Part shown: positions 1 to 13,817 of the stretch, piece after piece
Layout: each line of letters begins with the position of its first letter
Numbering within the stretch: position 1 is the first letter of the stretch
Assembly: GCF_006345805.1 (NCBI RefSeq)
Contig: NC_043006.1
Location: forward strand, 46,810,001 to 46,874,000
DNA length: 64,000 nt
Direction: 5' to 3'
From: Octopus sinensis
Taxonomy: Eukaryota
The notes under the pieces: model-generated
Told to the model about the DNA's origin: nothing
Seen by the model: the letters and a program-made list of their open reading frames with translations, nothing else
The model's database searches: none
Translations under genes and position numbers: made by a program

Positions 1-40
1 TATATATCGCAGGTCGTACTTACTTATATCTATATATCTT

Positions 41-68
41 TCAATCTATCTGTCTATCTATCTATCTG

Positions 69-113
<45 letters not shown>

Positions 114-236
114 ATCTATCTATCTATCATCTATCTATCTATCTTCTATCTATCTATCTATCTATCTATATCTATCTATCTATCTATCTATCTATATCTA
201 TCTATCTATCTATCTATCTATCTGTCTGTCTATCAT
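41..236. repeat. (TATC)n microsatellite
   Basis: Direct tandem TATC/TCTA units. Confidence 0.95.
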
Positions 237-897
237 CTATACACGTATACACATATATATATGAGTGTGTGTGTGTGTGAGCGTATGTATACATACACAA
301 ATGAATGTGTGTAATATGTAGATTGGTACACGCACAGAGAATTTTCCACAGCACACACGTTAAAGTAGAGTGATATGACAGATGGACTGAGATAAATACG
401 TTGTAGACGATGAGAGAAAAAATAATGATAACACATGATTAAAATTGAATATACTTCCGTGTATGAGTATTCGAGGGGAAAATGCAACAGGAAGGGAGAT
501 GCATATGCAGGCATGTCTGTCTCTCAAATAGATGAATTTGTCATTCGTTCCACCTTTCTCTATCTCTTTATCTATCTACCCCCACCGAAAATTATTGATT
601 ACTTCATCCCCAGTCACACCCATTTACCATTAATGTTATTTCAGTTGGGGGATATACATGGATTTGAGCTGTGATTTTTAGAAGTGAACGATATGAAAGT
701 AGCGTATGTGACAGAGTGTGATGGAAGTGTTTGATGCTGAGATAGAAAGATTAATTGATGAGTAACAAAAACAAATAGTAGAATAAATAACACAAAATAT
801 AATAAAGTAAGATATTCATCGTGTGAGAAGATCATGAATTAGAGCGTCAAAAATATGTAGCTGATTACTAAGAAAATATATGCGCATTCACTGGCAA

Positions 898-956
<59 letters not shown>

Positions 957-1151
957 CAGATACAGTTATTATCATACACCAGCACAAACATATGACTGGA
1001 GATAAATATGCAAAGGTACACACACATATCTTTGGTAAATGCAAAATTCCAATCGTTGTTTCAAGAGGTATTAATGATTATATAGCAGGTATTACACACA
1101 CTCACAAACACACACATATATATGAATATAAATAAATAAATAACTAACTAA

Positions 1152-1184
<33 letters not shown>

Positions 1185-1269
1185 GATGTATATATATTTA
1201 TATTTTCTTCTTCTTTCTTCTTCTCATTATTATTATTGTTATTATTGTTATTATTAAAAATTGCGAAGC

Positions 1270-2950
1270 CTTGGGTAAGCAGCATATGATATTTTTCAAT
1301 TCAACAAAGAACACAAAAGGGTTACATTGACCTTGCTGATATTCAGTTCGCTGAATTAAAACATGGGAGGAGAGTGTTCCTGAGATTGATGCGAATGTAC
1401 TGAAAAAAACACAAGGTTTTTCTTTAACAATGAGTTAGCACTGATCACGGACTGCTATATTAGAGGTGTTCCACTTGTGACACCCACATTAACAGTGCTA
1501 CGAATGTTACTATTCTTTACTACGTATAATTAGCATTTCATAATCCAATGTTTACCTATTTTTTAGAAATGCCGAATGACATGTATTTTCTGTTCGTAGC
1601 AGGTCAAGCGCTTACATAGAGACTTCTTTATTAACTCTTTCTAAAAGGTATGGTTTCTGCGAATGAGATGCGGATAAATACTGCAGATTTTAAGTACAAG
1701 CAATATTGCAGCTGGCACTGACAAGGTAACATTCTTTCGGCTGTCAGAAGACCAGAGAAGAAACTTAGATAATACAATCAATTGTCTTATAGATACTAGA
1801 GTATTACGTGGAAGCATGGCAATTTTTCATATCATGGCTGTTTTCGATTTTTTGACATGGATACAATCAGAGATGCTTATATGAGGTCAAGCAGTTATTA
1901 GATATGTAGGCAGTACTGACAAACGTATTCTTTTTTCTGAATTTTGTAGCATGTTGCCTTAATGAAGAGTCCCTGATTTTAAGAATAAAATTGTTTCACA
2001 TTAGTAGATGAGTGGATTCCATTATTGGCATGTTTAGTTATTCAGTTTGGACCTACAGTGATAAGGTTCATTATAACTTTCTAATTTAAGTTTATTTTTC
2101 ACGGGAACAGATCAGAGAGCCTGTACAGGTCTGATTGGTTGGGGAAAATCCAGCTTGTGGATAATCTTGTGTTTATTAAAATGTACTGTGGTGTTATGTG
2201 TCACTGTCGGTTTCGTAATCAACAGTTGAATGTGTGGCTGATCATCTTAACTACGAGATACTCGTTCGAAATCGGCCTGATATGTACAATAAATTTCAAT
2301 TAGAAACAATTTCTTCGAAGACATTCTGCCCCCCCCCCCATAAAAATGCAGTGTCACATGGTAAGCAAAATTTCTTATAAAAATAGAAACGAGGAAGGAA
2401 CGTTCTTTCAACTGGTTGTCAACAGCATTCTAGGTCTTTCCACTTCAAATACATTTATTTCGCTATCTTATATATATGGTTCTCAGCTCATAAGTAAAGA
2501 GCTAGATATATCTGAAATATTTCGTGACGTTGTCTGTGCAGGGCCGTTGGTAGTTTGGCAACAACGGTGGCCAGTCATCTTTTTTCTACCTGCTATCTTT
2601 GGTACTCCTAATTTTTTCGACCACGCTCAACACATTTGCAGTCAAGACGGGAACGGGTCTACAATTTACCTCTATACTTTGTGACAGTCTCGAAATATCT
2701 TTGGATACAGAAGACTGGATGTGGTTCTGGTTCAAGAATAAGAGGTGTACTCTTCCATGATGACTTTTTCCTGTTGCTAGTTCACGGATAAAGAGGTGCA
2801 TTTTCTTATTTGCAATGGGCCATAGTTAATTTAGATAATGCTTGTAAATTAACAAATGTTTTTGTGAAAATACAGAATTGAAATGTCTTACATTCGATGA
2901 CCAGGCGACACAAGGAAGATTTAATTGTGCATTACAATTATGATCTTAGA
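1270..2950 (-). mobile_element. Heavily decayed Polinton/Maverick-like (pPolB-associated N-terminal region) coding remnant
   Basis: Minus-strand hand translation with stops and frameshifts: RVHLLFL..KDISRLSQS (ORF 2586-2801), KNVPSSFLFY, KHAN..KKEYVCQYCL (1907-1933), HC*CG..AVRDQC*LIVK (1423-1452). These resemble HVxLL..IKxxSRL, YxCxxCL and CxxC..VRDHCHxTG motifs of Polinton-type proteins. Confidence 0.45.
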
Positions 2951-3701
2951 GGATATATATACTTTCACTAGTTTACAAGAAAATATAATTGACCGATAAC
3001 TCCTAAGCTTGAAATACAATATCCATCTACTATTTTCGCTGGAACATTTCCTCGAACATATATTCAAATTATACACACATTCTGCATTTCACCTCTCCAC
3101 TGATAGATGCGATATACACAACCAGAGTCAGAGAGCTCACGCAGGTCAGAGGTACTCACCTTAGAGTGTGCTGCACGTGTGGAAGTCATTAAACTATTCT
3201 ACCCTGCCATTTTACCATATACTTGGGTGCGAAATGTATACCGAGAACTTGCAATTTGAGTAGCCTATTTCAGGTGTGATAACATTGGTGGTACACGCGA
3301 TGATGTTGGGGGTGGTGTTAGTGTTTTTTGTTTTCCCCGGTGTTATTTTGAGGATGTTTATATTTATATTTTTACTTTTTTTTATTTTTGATAGTACTTT
3401 ACTTATTCGTCTTGATTATGATCAATCACTTTGCCAGACAGATGGGTATATAATTTTACATCTTATCCACTTCGGTATAAGTTGAAATATCTGATACATT
3501 CCTTCATATCTAGCAGACATACTTATCTCCTTCCTGCATTCTATACAATTTTCTCCTGGCCTTTCTCTCATTCTAAATTCTGGTTCTTATTTTCCAACTC
3601 AAGATACAAAAATACACATAATTTCACGTCATATCTCTGCATCAGTCTCTCTCTTGAAATGCAAAGTTTAGTTTTCTCTCCCTATTCACCTAATTACTTG
3701 C

Positions 3702-3743
<42 letters not shown>

Positions 3744-3876
3744 TTCTGTCTATCTCTATATCTATCTATCTATCAAACAATTTACCTATTTATCCATCAG
3801 CCCTTATGCATAACTAAGTACATTTATATACGCTCTATTATAGGCGTATGTGTGTGTGTGTGTATGGGTGTGTGTG

Positions 3877-3919
<43 letters not shown>

Positions 3920-5261
3920 AAATCAAAATACATGAACATAAACATGTATCTTTATACGTGTGTATGTATATGCACCTATATCTATTTATTTACCTTCCTC
4001 CCTCACTCTCTTTCACCGTATATACACACATTCAGAAACACACACACACATACACAAACACTTATCTATGTCTTTTCATATATATATAAACCAGCAACTT
4101 TCATATTCTCCTTTCTTTCTCTTCTACAGACACCTTCTCTCTTTATGTATCTCTGTCTCCCACACTCGCCTCTCTCAGACTGTCTCTCTCCCTCGTTGTT
4201 TCTATCTGTCTTTAATACAACCTCTCGTTCTTCTATGTTGGCTTCTTACCTTAAATGATCATTAATACAGCAATGTGTTTTCTTACAATTGTTATAGACG
4301 TAAGTCAGTTGATCTGCTGTATTGAGTTTAGACGTGAGGAGCTGGCGTACGTTCAGAAATTTCGTCTGCATTATTCACCTTTAACACAACAGATATCTTA
4401 TAGAAACTCTAGGGTTAAGCAAAGGTCATCTGTGTTTTGTTTGCAGTGATGGTTTAAGGTGAAACATCGAAAACTTTGAAGGAAATGTAAGCGGAAGGGT
4501 ACGGAAGGGTGAAAATATATACATAAACTTAATATCAGTATATGCGCGTGTGAATACGTTTAAAATATTTAATCTATAATCATTAGTTCCAGAAAATATA
4601 TTTTGTTTTGCCTATAGCTGTATCTATGCATATAGATACCCATATACATACGCCCGTATACATATATTAAAAAACCAGGAGTACTCCACCTAATGGACGC
4701 TAAGACAGTTATAGTGTAAATAAAGAATGATTAAACGATAAATATCTCTGATGCAAAGTTTTGTGTATCGAAGTTCCTCAAGAGTATATAGCTTACGATT
4801 CAACAATGAAATGATATAAATAAGAGATGTACAATTCAATATCTACCACATACTTCCAGAAAGTATTTCCACGGAAAGACCTACGAAATACAGGTAACGA
4901 AATACATATTATTAATACAATTAACCGTAACTGAATAAATATATACACAATGATCTAGTATACGCGTATTAATTTTTCCACAGCCATTTGATTCTATGGA
5001 ATAAATAAGCATATAGTAAAAATACATGAATAAATTACGAATTTACGTACTCATTTACATACGTCTTCTCAAAACATGATTATTATCAACGTTAATATTT
5101 AACATATCATATATTAGTAATAAAAATATATATTTCATTACTTATATATATGCCTGCAAATGAGTGAACTTTCCATTAAATATCCATAAGTATTTCACAT
5201 CATAAATGGATATAATCTTACATTTATATAAACGTATTCATAGATGTAAGTATGCATATGT

Positions 5262-5304
<43 letters not shown>

Positions 5305-5318
5305 CACATATATATAGT

Positions 5319-5349
<31 letters not shown>

Positions 5350-5357
5350 TCACACAA

Positions 5358-5391
<34 letters not shown>

Positions 5392-5904
5392 TACATCAAG
5401 TATAGGACATTACCAGCGAGAGAAAAATATGTAAACACATAATGAGAGACAAGCGCGGGACAAAATACCAAAAGAAGTATAACCCCTCCTCAGTTGTCAA
5501 CTGTTAATTACTCCCTATTTTGAACATTCAACGACAAGGTGGGAAGACTTCATAAATCAGCAGCATCCAGAATTTCTTAAAATATAGAAATTGTGGAGAG
5601 GTTAAAGCTTCGAACGAACAAGCAACAACAGAATGGACGTACAGAGTAAACAATCGACGAAGATGAACATTAAAGGCCATTAGGCCAAAACACATTGTAA
5701 TGGCTTCACTATATATACATTCTTGATGAACATTAGGTAAATGGGCAACTCAGAATTAGATAATCTGGGACCTAAATTTCGGACTCTTAAAAATGGATTT
5801 GCTATCGTAAATTTGTTTAGCCTTCGTCAACTAGATTTACCAAGACAAAAGTTCAAATAATCCAATATCAGTGCCACCACACTGAACAGGACCGAGACAG
5901 TGAA

Positions 5905-6045
5905 AAAAGGGCATCCAGCTGCAGGAACTATGCCAGATCAGATTGGAGTCTGGTGCAGCCATCTTGCTCGCCGGACCTCAGTTAAATCGTCCAAACCATG
6001 CTAGTATGGAAAGCGGATGTTAAACGATCATGATAACGATGATGA
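5905..6045 (+). mobile_element. SINE 3' fragment with (GAT)n tail
   Basis: aagggcatccagctg..ccatgctagtatggaaagcggatgttaaacgat(gat)n, recalled as a common octopus SINE 3' end. Confidence 0.6.
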
Positions 6046-6062
6046 TCTCTCTCCTCTCTCTT

Positions 6063-6063
6063 C

Positions 6064-6098
<35 letters not shown>

Positions 6099-7336
6099 AA
6101 TATATCAATATATATATAATATATAAATATATATATAAAATATATATATTATATTATATCAATATATATATATAAATATATAATATATTATATATATAAA
6201 GATATAAATATATATATATATTAATATATAAATATATAAATATATAAATATATATAATAATATATAAATATATTATAAATATATATATAAATATATAAAT
6301 ATATATATAAATATATAAATATATAAATATATATATAAATATATAAATAATAATAAATATATAAATATAATATAAATATATATATAAATATATAAATATA
6401 TTATAAATATATATATAAATATATATATAAATATATATATAAAATATAAATATATAAATATATATATAAATATATAAATATATATATAAATATATAGATA
6501 TAAATATATAAATATATAAATATATAAATATATAAATATATATAAATATATAAATATATATATAAATATATAATAGTACATTATAATATATAAATATATA
6601 AAATATATAAATATATATATATCTAAATATATAAATATATATATGAATATAAAATATATATATAATATATAAATATATATATAAATAATAAATAATATAT
6701 AAATATATAATATATATAAATATATAAATAATAATAAATATATAAATATATATATAAATATATAAATATATATAAATATATAAATATATATATAAATATA
6801 TAAATATATATATAAATATAGAATATATAATAATATATAAATATATAAATATATAATATAGATTAAATATATATAAATATAATATAAATATATATATATA
6901 ATATAAATAAATATATATATACATATATATAAATATATATATATATATAATATAAATATATAAATATATATATAAATATAGATATAAATATATAAATATA
7001 TAAATATATTATAAATAATATAAATAATATTTAAATATATAAATATATATATAAATATATAAATATATATATAATATATAAATATATATATAATATATAA
7101 AATATATATATAAATATATAAATATATATATAAATATATAAATATATATATATATTAAATATATATATAAATATATAAATATATATATAAATATATAAAT
7201 ATATATATAATAATATAAATATATATATAAATATATATAGAAATATATAAATATATATATAAAATATAATAATATATATATATATATATAAATATATAAA
7301 TATATATATAAATATATAAATATATATAAATATATA

Positions 7337-7372
<36 letters not shown>

Positions 7373-7427
7373 ATATATAAATATATATAATATATATATA
7401 TAATAGAATATATAGATAGTTATATAT

Positions 7428-7476
<49 letters not shown>

Positions 7477-7897
7477 ATATATATATAATAGATATATATA
7501 TATAAATATATATAATATATATAATATATATATATATAGATATCTAATATATAAAATATATATATATATAATAATATATATATATATATATATATAATAT
7601 ATAAAATATATATATATATATATATAATAAATAAATTATATATATATATATAAATAAATATATATATATATATATAAAATATATATTATAGATATATATA
7701 ATATTATATATATATATATATATACGATATATATATATAATAACTATATTATAGATTATATATATAAATATATATATATATATATCTAAATATATATATA
7801 TATATATATATATAAATATTATATATAAATATATATATATATATATATTATACATATATAGATATATATATATATATATAAATATATATATAAATAG
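6063..7897. repeat. ~1.8 kb compound (TA)n/(TATAAA)n array
   Basis: Almost pure A/T tandem sequence; source of the spurious poly-IY ORFs. Confidence 0.95.
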
Positions 7898-8353
7898 TCA
7901 TTGTAAGCTGAGACGATAAACGTGTTTTTACTCCTCTCTGCGCCGGTCAGCAGCAAGCTTCACAGCTACATTCGTCGTAATTGACCATCACATATATTCC
8001 TGTATATTTGAAACCACGCTTTTTCCCAACTCGTGAGTAGACTTTTCCTTAACCACAAACTATTTTCATAATTTTCAAACGACCAAATATTTTCAAACAC
8101 CTTCTGATAACTAAAGGATCACCCACACATTAAAAATTAGAAAAAGAGGGGAAAAAAAAAAAAAAGAAAAGAAAAGAAAGATAAAATAACTACAAGCTCA
8201 TAATTCAAATACAAACTTCTCAGTATTACAACAAACATTCTGTACAATCAATTCTACATACTTCTCCTTAAAAAAAAAATAATAATAATAATAATTAAAA
8301 GTAATCAACAAAACGAACGAACAAAATAAAATTTAATAAACATATCAACCAGA

Positions 8354-9411
8354 ATGGCTAGCCACCAAAATCCAACAAAAACTGGTCTGATAATGAAGTC
8401 GACGTTCTTATCAACACATGGCATGGCCTTACCGAAACAGAGAGCATAGGTGCTTCGTGTCTGAACGAAATTGCCAAACGAACACGTTCACCATTTGCAC
8501 TCGATCTGAACACAGCAGATCCAAAATAAATTAAAACAAATCGAAGTTGCTTTTAAATTAATAAATAAACACTTCGATAAACTGAGATTGTTTTCTCTTC
8601 GAACGCATCACCGGCGCAACAACAACAACAACAACCTCAACAACAACAACTCAGCGGCAACAACAACAACAACAGCTCAGCAACAACACAACTTCAGCAG
8701 CAACAACCTCAGAGGCAAACAACAACAACCCAACAACAACCAGGATGAACCACTCTTGATTCATCTACAATGGCCGATTTGCTAAATGAAACGATTGACC
8801 CCCAGTCATCAGGGGTCACACAGCAGGAAGCACCACCATCTTCCTTTCACTGCCCCAGCAGCTGATCATCATCATTGTCAACACCATCTCCTCTGCTTAC
8901 TACTACTAGTACTACTACCCACTATATATCGACAAACATCTTGTCTTGGAATCGACCTCCTCAATCATTACCACTGTCAACATCTCTTCTACCTACTACT
9001 ACTACTACAGCTACTACTACTAATGCTATCTCAAGAATTTACCTCCTACAGGTCACAAAGGTCGCCAAAACTTCAACAAACTATCATCTACACCTTTCAC
9101 AAGCTCTCCCACACACACGCACCTACACACCCACTCGAAACCCCATCATTTGCCGATATTCTCTTCGCCATAGACTGTGCACTGATAGAGACTGCAAATT
9201 CACCCTTTACCTGGAACAAAACGCTCTATCCCCACAAACTACAACAGCAACCACCATAATACAACATCACCACAACCACAATATCTCAAACAAGGAATCC
9301 CCAATCGGCCGCTATCCCCAGCGAGACAGATTGTGCTTGCACAGGGATTGCCCCTTTACCCATCTCCCGGGGACCGTCGGACAGTTAAAGATAACCACTC
9401 ACATAAAATAG
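8354..9411 (+). pseudogene. LINE ORF1 (frameshifted): Myb/SANT-like N-terminus, N/Q/T-rich linker, two CCCH-type fingers
   Basis: WSDNEVDVLINTW..IAK (from 8383), QIQNKLKQIEVAFK (from 8516), CRYSLRHRLCTDRDCKFTL (9151-9207), GRYPQRDRLCLHRDCPFTH (9307-9363). Confidence 0.65.
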
Positions 9412-9619
9412 CCGCGGCCACAGTCACCTGCGGTTCCCTAGACAGGAAACCACCTCTTCTTCCTCTTTTTTAGCTATAATGAATCTAGCAAAAGAACTGG
9501 AAAAAAACATCCGAGCTATCACCCACCGCCATCCACCACTATTACCCCACTACACATGCCATTAAAAAGCAATCAAATAAACAAATCACCAAAACATTAA
9601 AACCATCCACTCTCGCCTC

Positions 9620-10713
9620 AACATTCTGCTTAATGCCCAAGGCATCAGCCACTTCCACCAATACACAAAAATGGAAGATAAGATTCCTGGAGGACTGGGT
9701 CGAGGCCCATCCAAACCACATCCTTTCTTCGTCCTCGCTGAAACCCATCTTAGGACCTCACTTGAAGCCGAGGTGAAAGTTAAAAATTTCAAATCCATTC
9801 GTGCTGATCGTGTTGCAGAAGAAGGGTGGGACTGCCATTTATGTCCATGATTCATTCTCAACAGAAGCCATGAACATATTTTCGAATGGATACTGCGAAG
9901 CAGTTGCTGTATTCAGTCAAACCAACAACTAACAGTAGTTGGGCTCTACAGACCACCCCAAACGCCCCTACCATGCTTCAAGGAATGCCTCAACAGCATA
10001 AAGTGTTTCATTCAGCAGTGTCAACCTGACAACATTTTAATGATGGGAGATTTTCAACCTCCCAGGGTTGACTGGTCTACAAACAGTCTGCCGCCAGGTT
10101 TCTTCTCTCTCACCCCTGACAGGGAGGCAGTGGAATCGCTTCTTGACTTCATGGATGACTTCTTCTTGTCCCAACTGGTACTCGAACCAACGAGATGTCA
10201 CAAAACGTCTTAGACTTAATTTTCAGCAATCACACTGATACTATCCACAATATTGCAGTGGAGAAAACCCTACTCTCCGACCATGACATGGTTCTCTGTG
10301 ATCTGAGATTTCACTGGCCAAAATGCAAAACAAATGTCATCCCTCCTGCTCATCCATTTGACACTATGGATTTCCACAATGCAAACTGGGAAGCGATCAA
10401 TAATGATCTTGCACAAGTCGATTGGTCCTTCACGCACACATACACACCCACTAACATCAAAAGTCCTGGCAGTCACTTGTAGACACCATCACGAACCTAT
10501 GTGCAAGACACACACCCCATTAAGATCTGCAAACAAATCTAAGTGTCGAATCCCTAGAAATAGAAAATCTCTCATAAGGAAAATTAAAGAATCAACAAAA
10601 AGATCAACATGCTGGAAACTGTCAACAGCAACACACCAAGCTGACTGCCATCTCGTCGCTAGAGATAAAAAACATAAACGCCAAAACAACATGATGTCTA
10701 TCATCAATAGTCA
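9620..10713 (+). pseudogene. LINE ORF2 APE endonuclease domain (frameshifted, truncated at gap)
   Basis: APE catalytic motifs in order; ORF track 10195..10482 carries NVLDLIF and SDH. Confidence 0.9.
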
Positions 10714-10813
10714 NNNNNNNNNNNNNNNNNNNNNNNNNNNNNNNNNNNNNNNNNNNNNNNNNNNNNNNNNNNNNNNNNNNNNNNNNNNNNNNNNNNNNNN
10801 NNNNNNNNNNNNN
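10714..10813. other. Assembly gap (100 N)
   Basis: Run of N. Confidence 1.
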
Positions 10814-11081
10814 AGGTGGTGCTCCAGCATGGCCGCAATCAAATGACTGAAACAAGTAAAAGCGTAAAAGCATTATTTTTAGTGGTAGTAGTAGTGGTAG
10901 TATTAGTAGTAGTAGTAGTATAGTAGTAGTTGTTGTAGCAACCACTGCAATAGACGTGGATCAAGTGGTGATATTGTTGTTATTGATTAACCCCTATAAC
11001 AGAACGGACCATAATGTTTAAAAACTTTCTAGTCGTGGCCACTTCACTTCTTTCTTTAAGAGGAAAGTCCAGTAGTACACT

Positions 11082-11393
11082 AAACGTCTCCCTTTTCACG
11101 CGTAGCCAGGCTCATGGGCCCGGTTTCCCGGTTTCTGGGGCGTATGCGTTCCCCCCCACCCAGCCGGACGGAATGTTAACCCTAACCCTAAGCGTTACTC
11201 AAGAAACAGGAAGAGAGAGTGAGAGAAAGTTGTGGCGAAAGAGTGCAACAGGGGTCGCCACCCCCCTACCGGAGCCTCGTGGAGCTTTCATGTGTTTCCG
11301 CTCAATAAACACACACAACGCCCGGTCTGAGAATCGAAACCGCGATCCTCCGACCGCGATCCGCTGCCCTAACCACTAGACCATTGAGCCTCC
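11082..11393 (-). mobile_element. tRNA-derived SINE (family C)
   Basis: Reverse-strand tRNA head (TGGTCTAGTGGTTAGGGC; GGTTTCGATTCTC); similar to copies at 27478, 42134, 52803. Confidence 0.85.
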
Positions 11394-11552
11394 CAAGTAC
11401 CACTATAATTTTCTAACGTATTTCGGTCATATTACACGACGGTCATCTATGACTGTTTGCCGAACTTTCCCAATCGAATCCTTCTTTCGGCTTGTGAACA
11501 AGCCCAGGTGTAGCCATATTTGAAGCGTTTAAACTACTCCTTGCTTATAAGT

Positions 11553-11813
11553 GTGGAGGCATGTGGCTTAGTGTTTAGGGTGTCAACATCATGATTGTAA
11601 GATTGTGGTTTCGATTCCTGGACCGGGCGACGCGTTGTGTTCTTGAGCAAAACATTTCATTTCACGTTGTTCCGGTCCACTCAGCTGGCAAAAATGAGTA
11701 ACGCTGCGATGGACTGGCGTCCTATCCAGTTTGAGAACACATACTCCATGGAAACCGAGAAACGGGGCCCATGAGCCTGACTAGACTTTAAAAGGACGAA
11801 TTTATTTTATTTA
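11553..11813 (+). mobile_element. tRNA-derived SINE with 12-bp TSD
   Basis: A/B boxes; TTGCTTATAAGT at 11541-11552 and 11814-11825. Confidence 0.85.
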
Positions 11814-11962
11814 TTGCTTATAAGTATATAAATTCTACACGTAAGGATTCTCACATTTCCTCGGCCAGTGTTGAGGATATCGAGAGGTAGAAGGAAGCGT
11901 TGTAACTAGGTGTAAATGTTTTGGTGGCGATTTCGTTGTTTTTGTTTTACGACGTTGGAGTA

Positions 11963-12327
11963 TACTCTTTTACTCTCTTTTACGTGTTTCAGTCATATGA
12001 CTGTAGCCATGCTGGAGCACCGCCTTTAGCCGAGCAAATCGACCCCAGGACTTATTCTATGTAAGCCTAGCACTTATTCAATCTGTCTCTTTTGCCGAAC
12101 CGCTAAGGTACGAGGAGGTAAACACACCAGCAATGTTGAGGGAACAAACATATACATACATACATACATACGACGGGCTTCTTTCAGTTTCCGTCTGCCA
12201 AATCCACTCACAAGGCTTTGCTCGGCCAGAGGCTATAGTAGAAGCCACTTGCCCAAGGTGCCACGCAGTGGTACTGAACCCGGAGCCATGTAGTTCGTAA
12301 GCAAGTTACTTACCACACAGCCACTCC
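11963..12327 (-). mobile_element. tRNA-derived SINE (family B, CORE-like caccttgggcaagtg)
   Basis: Full head-to-tail similarity to copies at 35213, 40392, 47539, 63795. Confidence 0.85.
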
Positions 12328-13244
12328 GTCACGTAGTATTTTATGTACTAGGATCAGTTTGGTTACGAAAGTACTGAATGTGTTGAGTTGAATGGTCAGA
12401 TTTAGCTAAGAATGACATTTGACATAGTGGGGTATGTCCAATTGAAACCGCTATTTAAAAATTATGAATGCAATTTATTACCAGGGGACTGTTCGCATGG
12501 TCATATATTTGTTCGATAGGTTGTGCAGTGGCCAAGGTATTAAAGCGTTGAGGAGCGTGATTCGGTGTGTTGTGTTGTAGTAGTGTGGTGAAGTAAAAGA
12601 TGCAAGTCCTATTAAGAGCAGTGTTATGTGACTGTAATAAAGAAAGAGTTATTAGAGAATAATCGGAATTTAAACGAATAGCATTGTTTATGTTCGCTGG
12701 AAATGAATTTATGCCTATTCTTCAGTCATCACCAAATACTCGTTTACGCATAACGAACTATTTCCACCCAGAAGTGCGCAACATAGTTCAATAGACACAC
12801 ACATACACATGCACACACGATTCCAGAGTCTTACAGATGGACAGATGAAAATATGTGTGTTCGCCTCTATAGCTCATGCGACCGTTTATTGTAAATCATC
12901 ATGTCCGATTCCCTGACACTTTTTACTATAATCACCATGATCTGCGAATCCTTCAGTTGAGAGAACGTCAGTGAATCAACCTTAGTGCAAGAAATTTCAA
13001 GTCCTCTCACATGCATTTAATTCTGTTCGTTGTCATAGCTCTTAATTCTTCCCAACCTTCAACTCCTAGCGATTGCATACAGGTAAGAAACGGTGTGGTA
13101 TAAGATCAGAGACGAGACAGAAAAATAAGTGTTAGACATCTTTATTTACGATGGATAGAAAGTAATGCTCGTTAAGTTCAACTTTGACGTTTACTATTCC
13201 GGGGTTGATGAAATAAAATTGAATGCGTATAATAGTATTCTTAC

Positions 13245-13446
13245 TATCATCATCACCACCACCACCACCACCACCACCACCACAACCACACCACTACTAC
13301 TGTCGCTGCTGCTGCTACTACTACTACTACGACTACTACTACTACTATCACTATTGTTACTGCCGCTACCACCACCATCGCCACTACTACTACTACTGCT
13401 GCTGCTATTGCTGCTGCCACTACTACTACTACTACTACTACTGCTG

Positions 13447-13508
<62 letters not shown>

Positions 13509-13777
13509 GCTGCTGCCACTACTACTACTACTACTGCTGCTGCCACTACTACTACTACTACTACTACTGCTGCTGCCACTACTGCTACTGCTGCTGCCAC
13601 TACTGCTACTGCTGCTGCCACTACTACTACTGCTGCTGCCACTACTACTACTACTGCTGCTGCCACTACTACTACTACTGCTGCCACTACTACTACTACT
13701 GCTGCCACTACTACTACTACTGCTGCCACTACTACTACTACTACTGCCACTACTACTACTACTACTGCCACTACTAC

Positions 13778-13817
<40 letters not shown>

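Larger units (their letters stand above)
7897..10713 (+). mobile_element. CR1/Jockey-group LINE, 5' part (5'UTR, ORF1, APE endonuclease), cut by the assembly gap
   Basis: Frameshift-corrected ORF2 shows ordered APE motifs LNAQGI, LAETHL, RADR..KKGGTAIYV, GLYRPP, MGDFNLP.VDW, EPTR..NVLDLIF, SDH. Upstream ORF1 starts at ATG 8354; the element abuts the TA array. Confidence 0.9.

Noticed and set aside
3151-3189. Minus-strand ATG..AAG|GTGAGT micro-exon (MTSTRAAHSK)
   Set aside because: Perfect donor, but no supportable downstream exon; such motifs occur by chance
6154-7855. Long poly-I/Y ORFs (also 23718-24671, 28906-29405, 31187-31535, 40663-41206)
   Set aside because: Translations of TA/TACA/CA microsatellites with no coding signal
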